Shown: positions 35,250 through 44,758, numbered from the stretch's first letter. The stretch: 52,188 bases of DNA from an uncultured Acidimicrobiales bacterium (GCA_964494395.1 CAZBTI010000004.1:3456-55643), one strand, 5' to 3'. The notes: a model not told the origin generated them from the sequence alone. Made by a program: numbers and translations.

Positions 35250-36509
35250 ATGCGTTGTGAAGTTGTAGCGGTCGGGAGCGAACTCCTACTAGGTCAGATC
35301 AACGACACGAATTCTTCGTGGATTGGCCAAGAGTTGGCGGCTGTCGGAATCGATAGCTACTTCCAAACAAAGGTGGGAGACAACCACGATCGCATGGTCG
35401 AGGTCATCAGCACAGCGCTACAACGTAACGATGCCGTTATCACCACCGGAGGACTCGGCCCCACACAAGACGACATCACCCGCGACGCAATCGCCGAGGT
35501 CATGGGTGTCGAACTCGTCGAGGATGAAGCGCTCCACGCACGGATCGGCGAAATGTGGACGGCGAGCGGTCGCACCATGCCGGAAAACAATCGACTCCAA
35601 GCCCGAATCCCCGTGGGGGCATCTGCAATCCCCGTCCAGCCCGGAACGGCCCCTGGAATCGTCGCGGCGTTCGAGTTCAACGGCGAACCCAAGGTTCTGT
35701 ACGCCGTTCCCGGCGTTCCCTGGGAGATGAGGGAGATGATGAACGACTTCATTATCTCCGACATGCTTCAGCGTTTTGGAGAATCGTCGATAATCCGTTC
35801 ACGTACCCTTCGAACATGGGGAGAATCCGAGTCGGGCCTCGCTGAAATTCTCGCCGATGAGATCGTGCGTCTCGACAACGAAGACTCGAGTAGTGGGGGA
35901 GTGACGCTGGCGTTTCTTGCGAGCGGCATAGAAGGGCTCAAGGTCCGCATCACCGCCAAGGGCGCTGACGAAGAAGCCGTTTCGGAAATGCTCGCCGACG
36001 AAGAAGCCCGGGTCCGAGACATCATTGGACCGATCGTCTTTGGCGTCGATGACCAAAACATGGAATCGGTCATACTCGACCTCTGCGCCAAACATGGTCT
36101 CAAACTCGCTACCGCAGAATCGCTCACCGGCGGCCTGATCGCTCAACGACTGACCACCATTTCCGGCTCGAGCAAGGTGTTCCAAGGCGGTGTCATCACC
36201 TACGCCACCGAGGTAAAGACAGCGCTACTCAACGCTCCTCCCGGTCCCTCGGTTAGTGAAGAGATGGTCGAGGCAATGGCGCTCGGCGCATGCGAGAACC
36301 TCGGCGCCGATGTCTCGATAGCCACCACCGGCGTCGCCGGACCTGACAGTTGGGAAGGGATCCCACCCGGCACCGTATGGGTCGCCACCAGCGTCAAAGG
36401 CGAAGTCGAATCTCATCTCCTGCGCTACAAGCACGACCGAACCAGAATCAGAAACTTCACCACGATTACCGTGCTCAACCTCTTGCGAAAGCGCCTCGAG
36501 GCACTCTAA
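35250..36509 (+). CDS. cinA: CinA-family competence/damage-inducible protein (MoCF-binding + PncC-like NMN deamidase domains)
   Basis: EVVAVGSELLLGQINDTNSSWIGQEL at the N-terminus. C-terminal ATAESLTGGLIA and GVAGPD motifs. Confidence 0.9.
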   Translation: MRCEVVAVGSELLLGQINDTNSSWIGQELAAVGIDSYFQTKVGDNHDRMVEVISTALQRNDAVITTGGLGPTQDDITRDAIAEVMGVELVEDEALHARIGEMWTASGRTMPENNRLQARIPVGASAIPVQPGTAPGIVAAFEFNGEPKVLYAVPGVPWEMREMMNDFIISDMLQRFGESSIIRSRTLRTWGESESGLAEILADEIVRLDNEDSSSGGVTLAFLASGIEGLKVRITAKGADEEAVSEMLADEEARVRDIIGPIVFGVDDQNMESVILDLCAKHGLKLATAESLTGGLIAQRLTTISGSSKVFQGGVITYATEVKTALLNAPPGPSVSEEMVEAMALGACENLGADVSIATTGVAGPDSWEGIPPGTVWVATSVKGEVESHLLRYKHDRTRIRNFTTITVLNLLRKRLEAL

Positions 36510-36728
36510 TTTCGCGACGCTCGGGTCGTCTGGGCCGGTTGGAAGGCCTGTGCATGGGCGGCTTGGGCTCGCCCGCGCGCTCGGTTTATTCGCTTCGCCT
36601 CGGGCGTTTGCCTCGGAGCGTTTTCTGGAGCGGAGCGGAGGAGAAGGCGCAGTTTGAGAAGGTCCGCTAGGACCGACTCAATACCGCCTCTGGCGATGTA
36701 GGGATCAGGAGGACGGAGTCCTTGGTGC

Positions 36729-37190
36729 TTACGAACGACGCATCATCATGGCGTTGCGGATCGCTACGCACACCACTTCGCCTGTTTGGTTGAAGCCTCG
36801 GTGCTCAATGGTGACTATGCCTCGGTCTGGTTTTGAGTTGCTGGCTCGCACTGCTTTGATCTCGGACTCCACGCTGATGGTGTCGCCATGAAAGAGGGGC
36901 TTTGGGAAGGTCACCTTCTCGAAGCCGAGGTTCGCAACCGTTGTACCGTGCGTCAGCTCGTGCACCGAAATCCCCACCACGATTCCAAGTGTCAACAGTG
37001 AGTTGACAAGAGGCTGGCCGAAGTCGGTCGTCGCTGCGTAGGCAGCGTCGAGATGAAGGGGTGCCGGGTTCAGCGTCGAGGTCGTGAAGTCGACGTTGTC
37101 CGCCTCGGTGATGGTCCGAGTCAGCGGATGGCTAACGACCATCCCGACTTCGAAATCCTCAAACCACATGCCCTTTGGAACAAACGCCAT
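36729..37190 (-). CDS. MaoC-like (R)-specific enoyl-CoA hydratase / dehydratase
   Basis: 153 aa hot-dog fold pattern: FEDFEVG...[23 protein letters not shown]...GDTISVE. Confidence 0.85.
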   Translation of the reverse strand: MAFVPKGMWFEDFEVGMVVSHPLTRTITEADNVDFTTSTLNPAPLHLDAAYAATTDFGQPLVNSLLTLGIVVGISVHELTHGTTVANLGFEKVTFPKPLFHGDTISVESEIKAVRASNSKPDRGIVTIEHRGFNQTGEVVCVAIRNAMMMRRS

Positions 37191-37213
37191 AGGGCCAGTC
37201 TGTCAGAGGCTGC

Positions 37214-37666
37214 TCAGGTTGCCGACGACAGTGCGAAGAAGTCGTACTTGTCGATATCGGCTGCTGCGACGGTGTCCCATGGATAAGGGCTTTGTCGGCC
37301 CCACGCATTGCTTTCCGTCATTTGCTCAGTCACATGCTGGAGTCGTTGCATTTCCGCCTTCGTTAGGGGCTCTAGACAAATGCCGCCTTCCAATGCCAAC
37401 GCGACGAAGCACGCTTCGAGGTGATTGACAGGCTTCGTGCCACCTGGGTGTTCCAAGCGCTCGCAAAGGTCTTGCGGAAGGAAGTCGGCGAACACTTCGA
37501 GAGACTCAGCAAACTTCCACGGCAACTCAAAGTCGTCACCGATTGGTTCGAGAGACGCCAAGAACGTTTCGGCCGCCTCTGCAATATTTCCGCTCTCACC
37601 CGGGGATTGTCCATGCTTTCGCAGGTCATCCACCGTGGCGCCGACGAACCTCATAAGTGCCACCAT
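37214..37666 (-). CDS. Hypothetical acidic protein
   Basis: 150-aa ORF with protein-like composition, 23 nt upstream of the MaoC gene on the same strand. I recognise no family. Confidence 0.45.
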   Translation of the reverse strand: MVALMRFVGATVDDLRKHGQSPGESGNIAEAAETFLASLEPIGDDFELPWKFAESLEVFADFLPQDLCERLEHPGGTKPVNHLEACFVALALEGGICLEPLTKAEMQRLQHVTEQMTESNAWGRQSPYPWDTVAAADIDKYDFFALSSAT

Positions 37667-37719
37667 AGAACGATGATCGGCATCTGGGGAAGGACCCTAA
37701 ACCGAGAATTTTGCCCAAT

Positions 37720-37742
37720 CTTCTGGACAGATTGTCCAGAAG
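37720..37742. promoter_or_regulatory. Perfect 10-bp-arm palindrome (cttctggaca-gat-tgtccagaag)
   Basis: It lies in the 99-nt gap between the msrB stop and the start of the hypothetical gene at 37666. It could be the msrB terminator hairpin (no T-tract) or an operator. Confidence 0.45.
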
Positions 37743-37765
37743 ATGCAGGCTTGTCTCCTCAATTC

Positions 37766-38188
37766 TTAGGATTCAGCCGCCTCTTCGGACTCGTCGGCTT
37801 CAAGCCGGAGCGACGCAGAGTTCATGCAGTATCGAAGTCCGCCATCAGCTTGTGGGCCGTCTGGGAATACATGCCCGAGGTGGGCGCCACAGGTAGCGCA
37901 GAGCGATTCAACGCGCTCCATCCCGTGCGAAACATCTCGCTTTTCGACGACTGCTTCTTCAGCCAGCGGGATCGTGAAGCTCGGCCATCCTGAGCCGGAC
38001 TCGTATTTGGTTTCGCTCGAAAAAAGTTCGGCGTCGCAGACGCGGCAGTGATAGGTGCCCTCGTCCTTGGTATCCCAATACTCGCCGCTGTAGGCACGTT
38101 CAGTGCCCGCCATCTGCGTCACTTCGTATTGCTCCGGTGTAAGACGCTCCCGGAGTTCCGCTTCGTCGAAGGATTTCATAGTGGACAC
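37766..38188 (-). CDS. msrB: Peptide-methionine (R)-S-oxide reductase
   Basis: [29 protein letters not shown] and [12 protein letters not shown] (two CxxC zinc pairs plus the catalytic region). Confidence 0.95.
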   Translation of the reverse strand: MSTMKSFDEAELRERLTPEQYEVTQMAGTERAYSGEYWDTKDEGTYHCRVCDAELFSSETKYESGSGWPSFTIPLAEEAVVEKRDVSHGMERVESLCATCGAHLGHVFPDGPQADGGLRYCMNSASLRLEADESEEAAES

Positions 38189-38305
38189 CTTTCTTCTTTC
38201 CGTAGTTCCAACCTACCCGCCCGATAGATTTCTGCTCGTGCCTCAGTTTCGAGGTTTATTTGGAGTTCCGACCCGTATGTCGGGCTCGCAGGAGGAGATT
38301 CACGA

Positions 38306-39193
38306 ATGACTACCGCAACTGGACACCGCTGGATCGATGTTGAAACAGACACCGTGCTCGATAGTTGGTATCCCGTGGGGACCGATCCAAAGCGGGCGTG
38401 CGCTGCAGAACGCGCCGGCCTCGTGCGCGGCGAGTCCTTTGAGATCACTATCGATCCCGAGAGTGGCCCGGTCGACGTCTCCGATGCATACCTCCGGCTT
38501 CATCTGCTGAGCCGGCGCGATGTCACTCCTCACGGCATCACCCTCGACGGTGTCTTCGGTGTCCTCACAAATGTTGCTTGGACCACCGCCGGGCCGGTCC
38601 TGCCGACCAAGGTCGATGCATTGAAGGCCGCGCTTTCTGGGCATGGAGAAAATGTTGGGGTCAACGGGCTCGACAAGTTCCCGCGAATGCTCGACTACGT
38701 CGTTCCGACCGGAGTGCGCATTGCGAACGCCAATCGGGTGCGCCTCGGCGCTCACTTGGCAGAGGGAACGACAGTCATGCACGAGGGATTTGTGAACTTC
38801 AACGCGGGAACCCTCGGCACATCGATGGTCGAAGGTCGCATCTCGGCCGGAGTCGTCATTGGCGACGGTTCCGACATCGGAGGTGGGGCATCGATCATGG
38901 GCACACTCTCGGGTGGGGGACAAGAGGTCATCTCCCTCGGCGAGCGATGCTTACTCGGCGCCAACTCCGGACTTGGAATCTCTTTGGGGGACGACTGCAT
39001 TGTCGAAGCCGGCCTCTATCTCACTGCCGGAACCAAGTTGACCCTGCCCGATGGTGAAATCCGCGCTGGACGTGATCTGACCGGAGTGAGCGGACTGTTG
39101 TTCCGACGAAACTCGCTGAGCGGCGCGGTCGAATCGGTGCCTAACGGGGCGACCTGGTCTGGCCTAAACGAGGCCCTTCATCAAAACGCCTAG
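38306..39193 (+). CDS. dapD: 2,3,4,5-tetrahydropyridine-2,6-dicarboxylate N-succinyltransferase (actinobacterial type)
   Basis: 295 aa. LRLHLLSRR...LDGVFGVLTNVAWT N-domain followed by left-handed beta-helix hexapeptide repeats (GAHLAEGTTVMHEGFVNFNAGTLG...). Confidence 0.85.
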   Translation: MTTATGHRWIDVETDTVLDSWYPVGTDPKRACAAERAGLVRGESFEITIDPESGPVDVSDAYLRLHLLSRRDVTPHGITLDGVFGVLTNVAWTTAGPVLPTKVDALKAALSGHGENVGVNGLDKFPRMLDYVVPTGVRIANANRVRLGAHLAEGTTVMHEGFVNFNAGTLGTSMVEGRISAGVVIGDGSDIGGGASIMGTLSGGGQEVISLGERCLLGANSGLGISLGDDCIVEAGLYLTAGTKLTLPDGEIRAGRDLTGVSGLLFRRNSLSGAVESVPNGATWSGLNEALHQNA

Positions 39194-39345
39194 CTCGCGA
39201 GGCGGATCTCACACAGGGCTTCGTACGGATCCCGTGCGATCAAGTTGACCTTCACCCCGAGCGCGGAATCGATAAGGCCGCGATGAATCTCACAGACAAC
39301 TCCTGGGCCGCTCGCTGCAACATCGGCAAACGGGCATTTCTGGGT
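39190..39345 (-). pseudogene. Remnant of a regulator C-terminal domain (CPF...C...C type)
   Basis: A minus-strand frame reads ...QKCPFADVAASGPGVVCEIHRGLIDSALGVKVNLIARDPYEALCEIRLAS*. It has no usable start, runs upstream into the 3' end of the ABC ATPase gene, and its stop shares the CTAG of the dapD stop. The family assignment is tentative. Confidence 0.3.
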
Positions 39346-39346
39346 G

Positions 39347-40518
39347 CTACTTAATGGCGTTGCCGGAGTCGATGTCGAAATAGTGGAAACGATCTGTGTC
39401 GATCACGAGGTCGATATCTGCGTCGTTGCGCACTGGAGATCGTGGGCTGACACGGGCCACGAACGTCGCGGTGTCGTGTTCATTGCTGAGACCCTTCTCG
39501 GCCTCATCGTCGATGGCGTCGGCCACCACGTATGGCTCTGCGTTGAGTCCGAAGTGCACGATAATTTCTGACCCGAGTGATTCGACCAAGCGGGCCTTGG
39601 TCGAGAACGTTCGATCGGCCGCCGGGTTGTCGACCGTGGTTGCATCTTCCATGTCTTCGGGTCGGAGCCCAACCACGATGGTCTTGCCGATGTAGTTGCT
39701 TAGCTCGCTCTCGTCGATCGACGGTATCGAAACGGTGACTTCGCCAATGGTGATCTTTGGGTCTTCGGCTGTGCCATCGAGCGCACCCTCCATCAGGTTC
39801 ATCGATGGTGAGCCAATGAACCCTGCGACAAAGACGTTGTCGGGGTGGTCGTACAGCTCCTGGGGAGCCGCGACCTGCATCAGGTAACCCTTGTTGAGGA
39901 CGGCGACCCGATCACCCATGGTCATTGCTTCGACCTGGTCGTGGGTGACGTACAACGTAGTCACACCGAGGTTGCGCTGGAGCGAGGCGATCTCGGCGCG
40001 CATTGCGACGCGGAGTTTGGCGTCGAGGTTTGAGAGTGGCTCGTCCATCAAGAATGCTTTGGGCTGGCGAACGATGGCGCGGCCCATTGCGACGCGCTGG
40101 CGTTGGCCGCCAGAAAGCTGGCCAGGCTTGCGGTCGAGTTGTTCGGTGAGGTCCAAGATGCTGGCAGCTTTAGTGACGCGCTCTTTGATCTCGGCCTTGG
40201 GGAGTTTCGCGAGCTTCAACGCGAAGCCAATATTGTCCGCAACCGACATGTGCGGATAGAGGGCGTAGTTCTGGAACACCATTGCGATATCGCGGTCTTT
40301 GGGTTCGACGTCGTTGACAACTCGATCATCGATCGAGAGGGTTCCCGACGAAATCTCCTCGAGGCCGGCAACCATGCGAAGGGCCGTCGACTTGCCGCAG
40401 CCCGATGGCCCCACGAGCACGAGAAATTCACCGTCTTTGACGTCGAGTGACAAGTCGTAAGTGGCTTGAAACCCGTTGGGGTAAACCTTGTTGATGCCCT
40501 CGAGCTTTACCTCTGCCA
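39347..40518 (-). CDS. Sugar ABC transporter ATP-binding protein (MalK/UgpC/MsiK type), orphan
   Basis: Walker A GPSGCGKST, Q-loop, LSGGQRQRVA signature, Walker B FLMDEPLSNLD and a C-terminal TOBE-like regulatory domain. ATG 40518 (MAEVKL) is preceded by aaggggag. No permease or SBP gene is adjacent. Confidence 0.9.
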
Positions 40519-40601
40519 TGAATCTCCCCTTCACACGTGTCGACCTACGTTACTTGGCACACGGGCGGTCGGTCTAATGGAGAGGCCACACAAACCAACG
40601 A

Positions 40602-40615
40602 TGAAAGCGTTTACA
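40602..40615. promoter_or_regulatory. Candidate LacI/GalR-family operator (tgaaagcgtttaca)
   Basis: It fits the TGnAAnCGnTTnCA pattern of LacI-family operators. It lies in the divergent promoter region between the sugar ABC ATPase and the GH1 beta-glucosidase. Confidence 0.4.
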
Positions 40616-40711
40616 CAAATTGATTGAAAGACTGGACTCATCGGCGAAGGGGGAGTAGGCATCATGTGCGACCTCGCACCTGGCGAAGCGAACCCTCGGA
40701 GTCTTTTGACC

Positions 40712-42091
40712 ATGTCTTCAACGTCTGATGCCTTTCTTTCTTTCCCCGCAGGTTTCGTGTGGGGGTCGGCCACCTCGTCGTATCAGATCGAGGGAGCTGT
40801 CGATACTGGGGGCCGAGGGCCGAGCATTTGGGACACCTTCTCCGCTGAGGACGGCAGGATTTCCGATGGTTCCACTGGAGCGGTGGCGTGCGATCACTAC
40901 AACCGCTACATCGAAGACGTGGCCCTTATGAAGAAGTTGGGTCTCCAGGCGTATCGGTTCTCGATTGCATGGCCCCGCGTGCTGCCAACGGGAAGGGGGG
41001 TAGTGAATGGCGAAGGGCTCGACTTCTACGACCGGCTCGTCGATGAACTGCTCGGCGCTGGCATCACGCCGATGCCAACGCTGTACCACTGGGATCTTCC
41101 GCAAGCACTTGAAGACCAGAATGGCTGGGTGTCGAGAGATACCGCCCTAGCATTTGGCGACTACGTCGAAGTGTGTGTGAATCGACTTGGCGACCGGATC
41201 GACACATGGACCACCCTCAACGAACCGTTCGTTTCGGCCAATCACGGGTACTTGACCGGCGAGCATGCTCCAGGTCGAGTGTCGACTGCGGACAGCATGG
41301 CCGCCGCGCATCATCTGATGCTTGGGCACGGTCTTGCAGGCGAACGCATTCGCTCGATTGCGCCGGACGCTCGCTTGGCAATCGTGCTCAACTTCACTCC
41401 GGTTGAAGTGTTTACTAATGAACCCGCCGATGTCGAGCTGGCGATGCACACCGAAAACCTTGAAAACCGCTGGTATATCGACCCGCTCGCCGGACGCGGG
41501 TACCCGACTGCTACGGCTGACTACTGCCAATGGGATCGGTCAGAGGTGCAAGCCGGCGACCTTGACCTCATCAGTGCCCCGATCGACCTGATGGGTGTGA
41601 ACTACTACACGCGCACGCTGGTCGGCGCTGACGAACTGCCAGCCGATACCCCGCAGAACACGATGGGGTGGGAATTGCACCCGCCCACGCTGGGGCGTCT
41701 ACTTCGGTGGCTTCGCGACGAGTACGACTTTCCGTCATACATGATCACCGAAAATGGCTGTCCAATGCCTGACGACGAGCGGGAGGGTGGTCAGATCATC
41801 GACGAAGACCGACTTGCCTTCGTGCGCGATCACCTGACCGAGGTGCACTCAGCGATCGAGGATGATTGTCCCATCGAGGGCTACCTGGTCTGGTCCCTTT
41901 TCGACAACTTTGAATGGGCGTGGGGATACGGTCCAACGTTCGGCATCGTCGAAGTCGACTACGACACCCTTGAGCGGCGACCGAAGAAGAGCGCTGACTG
42001 GTTCTCGCAGGCAGCCGCCGACAACGGCTTTGCTCTCCCAGCGGTGGCTTCCACGTACAAGCCGTGGGTGAGCTATACCCCGACGTGGTAG
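40712..42091 (+). CDS. GH1 beta-glucosidase
   Basis: FPAGFVWGSATSSYQIEGA, acid/base TLNEP and nucleophile ITENG motifs. ATG 40712 is preferred over the listed 40664. Confidence 0.9.
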   Translation: MSSTSDAFLSFPAGFVWGSATSSYQIEGAVDTGGRGPSIWDTFSAEDGRISDGSTGAVACDHYNRYIEDVALMKKLGLQAYRFSIAWPRVLPTGRGVVNGEGLDFYDRLVDELLGAGITPMPTLYHWDLPQALEDQNGWVSRDTALAFGDYVEVCVNRLGDRIDTWTTLNEPFVSANHGYLTGEHAPGRVSTADSMAAAHHLMLGHGLAGERIRSIAPDARLAIVLNFTPVEVFTNEPADVELAMHTENLENRWYIDPLAGRGYPTATADYCQWDRSEVQAGDLDLISAPIDLMGVNYYTRTLVGADELPADTPQNTMGWELHPPTLGRLLRWLRDEYDFPSYMITENGCPMPDDEREGGQIIDEDRLAFVRDHLTEVHSAIEDDCPIEGYLVWSLFDNFEWAWGYGPTFGIVEVDYDTLERRPKKSADWFSQAAADNGFALPAVASTYKPWVSYTPTW

Positions 42092-42192
42092 CGGGTCGGA
42101 GTCCCGAAATGGCAAGGTTGGGGTGGCTTTTGCTACCTTGACGTTTCTCACCTGTTGGCGGGTCTCGACGGGTGAGGCGGGCGGTTCGAGTT

Positions 42193-42213
42193 GGGCGAGC
42201 GGTTCGCTCGCCC
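42193..42213. terminator. Hairpin between convergent genes (gggcgagcg-gtt-cgctcgccc)
   Basis: Perfect 9-bp GC-rich stem with a 3-nt loop, midway between the beta-glucosidase stop and the NYN gene stop. There is no T-tract. Confidence 0.4.
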
Positions 42214-42261
42214 GGCTCGTTCCAGATTTGGGACCGGACGTAACTGCCCGAACCGTGCGAT

Positions 42262-42945
42262 CTAGAGATCGAGAGCCTCGAGGAAGGACTTCGTTGCCGT
42301 TGGGTCGAGGTCCTTACGGTAGTCGAAGTGGTCCCGAGCAACGTCGACGATGCGCTCGTCGATCTCGTGTTCTGCGTCGTATTCAGGAAGGTTGCCCTCG
42401 TCGCCGCGGCGTTCGGACACGAATGCAACCTCTACCCTCACGCAGTTCAACCCGTTCACACCGCAGCGGTCGTGGAGTTCGCTCGCGATCTCCATTAGGT
42501 CTCGATCTCGCGAAACAATGATGACCACGTCGCACTCATTGGTGAGTGCCGAAGCGACTGCGTCGAGGGCAAGCGCTACGTCGATACCCTTTTCCCGAGC
42601 TCCTCGCCAACGTTTCACCTTGGCGGTGTGTTTGTCGCCAGCATTGCTATGCCACGGTGGCGGGAGATCATCGGCGACCTGCCATTCCCAGTGGTATCGA
42701 AGCGTTCGCTCGGTTACGGCGACGCCGGTCTTACGGATTAACTCGTGACGGCGAGACACCAGTTCGAACATCTTTTGGTTTTCGCGTCTGTCGTGGATGC
42801 CCGAGTAGTAGTGCGTGCTCACAAGTTCTCGCTCGCCTGCGAGCTCGCGAGCGAGCAACAACGGGTGAATCCGGCCCTTGAAGCGGCGGTTCAGCCCCTT
42901 GAAGAGGTTCTGGCCATCGATAAATACACAAACGCGTTCAGTCAC
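42262..42945 (-). CDS. NYN (LabA-like, PIN-related) domain nuclease
   Basis: VCVFIDGQNL, EKGIDVALALD and VIIVSRDRDL carry the conserved acidic residues of NYN domains. GTG start lies 31 nt after the helicase stop. Confidence 0.75.
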   Translation of the reverse strand: MTERVCVFIDGQNLFKGLNRRFKGRIHPLLLARELAGERELVSTHYYSGIHDRRENQKMFELVSRRHELIRKTGVAVTERTLRYHWEWQVADDLPPPWHSNAGDKHTAKVKRWRGAREKGIDVALALDAVASALTNECDVVIIVSRDRDLMEIASELHDRCGVNGLNCVRVEVAFVSERRGDEGNLPEYDAEHEIDERIVDVARDHFDYRKDLDPTATKSFLEALDL

Positions 42946-42976
42946 GACCTCATCGTAGGCCGCTCAGAAGCGTTGG

Positions 42977-44758
42977 TCAGTCGACGTAGCGGCGGGCTTT
43001 TGCCTTCTTGCCCTTCACGGTCGACTTCTTGATCGCGTAGATCACGTCGTCGACTGAACCATCCGGAACACCGACCACCGAATAGTGATCCGAGATACGA
43101 ATCGGACCGATATCTCGTCCGGAGAGCTGGGTCTCGTTGGCGATGGCGCCCACGAGGTCGCCTGGACGAATGCCGCCGCGGGCTCCCACGCCGATGTACA
43201 CAAACCCCGTGTTCGGGTCGACTTCACGAGGCTTACCGCCGTGCCCGGCCTTGCTCCCATGACCAGCTTTGCCGCCATGACCAGCTTTGCTGTGGGAACG
43301 ATCGTTGTGGCGATCACGGCCCCGACTGCCACGGTCTCGTCCTTTGCGGCCCTTGTCATGGCCATGGTCCTTGCCGAACTCTTTCGACGCATCTGGGATA
43401 TCGACGTCGTCAGCAGCGGTGTGCTGGGCACGATGAGCGAGCATCAGCGCTGCGAGGGCGATGTTGCGTTCGGACTCTTCGCCCTTTAATTCGTGTAGGA
43501 CTTGTTGAAACTCCTCGAGGTCCTCGAGGAGGGTCTCGCTGCTGAGCGTTTCGCGCATCGACTCAACCGTTGTTGCGATCTGGCGCTGGCGAAGGTCTGC
43601 CGCAGTTGGGACCTGGTGGACCTTGATCTGTTGTTTCGTCAGGCGTTCAATATTGCTCAGCAGACGTCGCTGACGAGGGGTGGCGAGGGTGATTGCAACG
43701 CCCCGTCGTCCGGCGCGCCCGACCCGTCCAATGCGGTGTACGTAACTTTCCGGAGCGCTCGGGATGTCGTAGTTCACGACGTGGGTGAGGGTGTCGACAT
43801 CGAGTCCTCGGGCCGCAACATCGGTGGCGATGAGGAGTTCTGCGGTGCCGTCTCGTAGACGAGCCATGACCCGGTCTCGCTGGGCTTGGTCCATGCCGCC
43901 GTGAAGTGCCTCGGCACGGTAGCCGCGGCCACTCATGGTGACCGTGAGTTCGTCGACGTCGGTTCGGGTCTTGCAGAAGACGATGGCCGACGTTGGATTC
44001 TCCAAGTCGAGAATGCGCCCGAGCGCCTTGGCCTTATGGGTCTTGTGGACGACATAGACCTGCTGATCGATCAGTTCACGGTGCTCGGCTGCGGCTGCTG
44101 CGCCGATCTTGACCATGACGGGGTCTTGCTGGTGACGCTTCGCAATCGCATGAATGCGCGGTGGCATCGTTGCGGAGAACAGCACTGTTTGGCGATCGTT
44201 CGGCGTGTTGTCGAGGATCAGTTCGATGTCTTCGGTGAAGCCCATGTCGAGCATCTCGTCGGCCTCGTCGAGCACGACCGTGCGCACTTGGTCAAGGTCG
44301 AGCGAGCCACGCTTCAGATGGTCGATCGCTCGACCAGGCGTGGCGACAACCACGTGCACGCCGCGCCGGAGAGCATCGAGTTGGCGGCCGATCGGCTGGC
44401 CTCCGTAGACCGAGGTGACCTTGACTCCTGAGCTCTTGCCGTAAGTGCTCATGGCTTCGCTGACCTGCATGGCCAACTCTCGAGTGGGGGTAATGACGAG
44501 GACCTGAATGACCGGCTTGTCGGTGGTGACGATGTGTTCGATCGTCGGGAGTGCGAAAGCAGCGGTCTTGCCTGTTCCGGTGGCGGCCTGACCGAGCAGG
44601 TCAACCCCGGTGAGTAGCTGAGGAATGGCTTGGGTCTGAATGGGCGTGGGCTCCTCGTAACCGAGGGCATCGAGGGTCGCCACGAGCTTTGGCCCGAGTC
44701 CGAGGTCGGCGAAACCTGTTGTGCTTTCGCTGATCTCGGGGGTGTTTTCTTCTTCCAT
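42977..44758 (-). CDS. DEAD-box ATP-dependent RNA helicase with a DbpA-type C-terminal RNA-binding domain
   Basis: Q-motif GFADLGL..PTPIQ, AATGTGKT, DEAD (VLDEADEM), SAT and HRIGRVGRAG. A C-terminal GFVYIGVGARGGIRPGDLVGAI module follows. The internal ATG (MEEENT) at 44758 is preferred over the listed 44791. Confidence 0.9.
   Translation of the reverse strand: MEEENTPEISESTTGFADLGLGPKLVATLDALGYEEPTPIQTQAIPQLLTGVDLLGQAATGTGKTAAFALPTIEHIVTTDKPVIQVLVITPTRELAMQVSEAMSTYGKSSGVKVTSVYGGQPIGRQLDALRRGVHVVVATPGRAIDHLKRGSLDLDQVRTVVLDEADEMLDMGFTEDIELILDNTPNDRQTVLFSATMPPRIHAIAKRHQQDPVMVKIGAAAAAEHRELIDQQVYVVHKTHKAKALGRILDLENPTSAIVFCKTRTDVDELTVTMSGRGYRAEALHGGMDQAQRDRVMARLRDGTAELLIATDVAARGLDVDTLTHVVNYDIPSAPESYVHRIGRVGRAGRRGVAITLATPRQRRLLSNIERLTKQQIKVHQVPTAADLRQRQIATTVESMRETLSSETLLEDLEEFQQVLHELKGEESERNIALAALMLAHRAQHTAADDVDIPDASKEFGKDHGHDKGRKGRDRGSRGRDRHNDRSHSKAGHGGKAGHGSKAGHGGKPREVDPNTGFVYIGVGARGGIRPGDLVGAIANETQLSGRDIGPIRISDHYSVVGVPDGSVDDVIYAIKKSTVKGKKAKARRYVD
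43235..43291 (-). repeat. 18-bp in-frame tandem repeat x3 encoding (S)KAGHG(G/S)
   Basis: gccgtgcccggccttgct / cccatgaccagctttgcc / gccatgaccagctttgct on the + strand. It lies inside the basic linker of the helicase. Confidence 0.7.

Noticed and set aside
36510-36728. 219-nt gap after cinA, including listed ORF 36350-36670, checked for a small gene, tRNA or sRNA
   Set aside because: The ORF overlaps cinA and is Arg-rich nonsense. Only 5-bp stems were seen, with no tRNA-like T-arm or anticodon structure, so there is nothing I can support.
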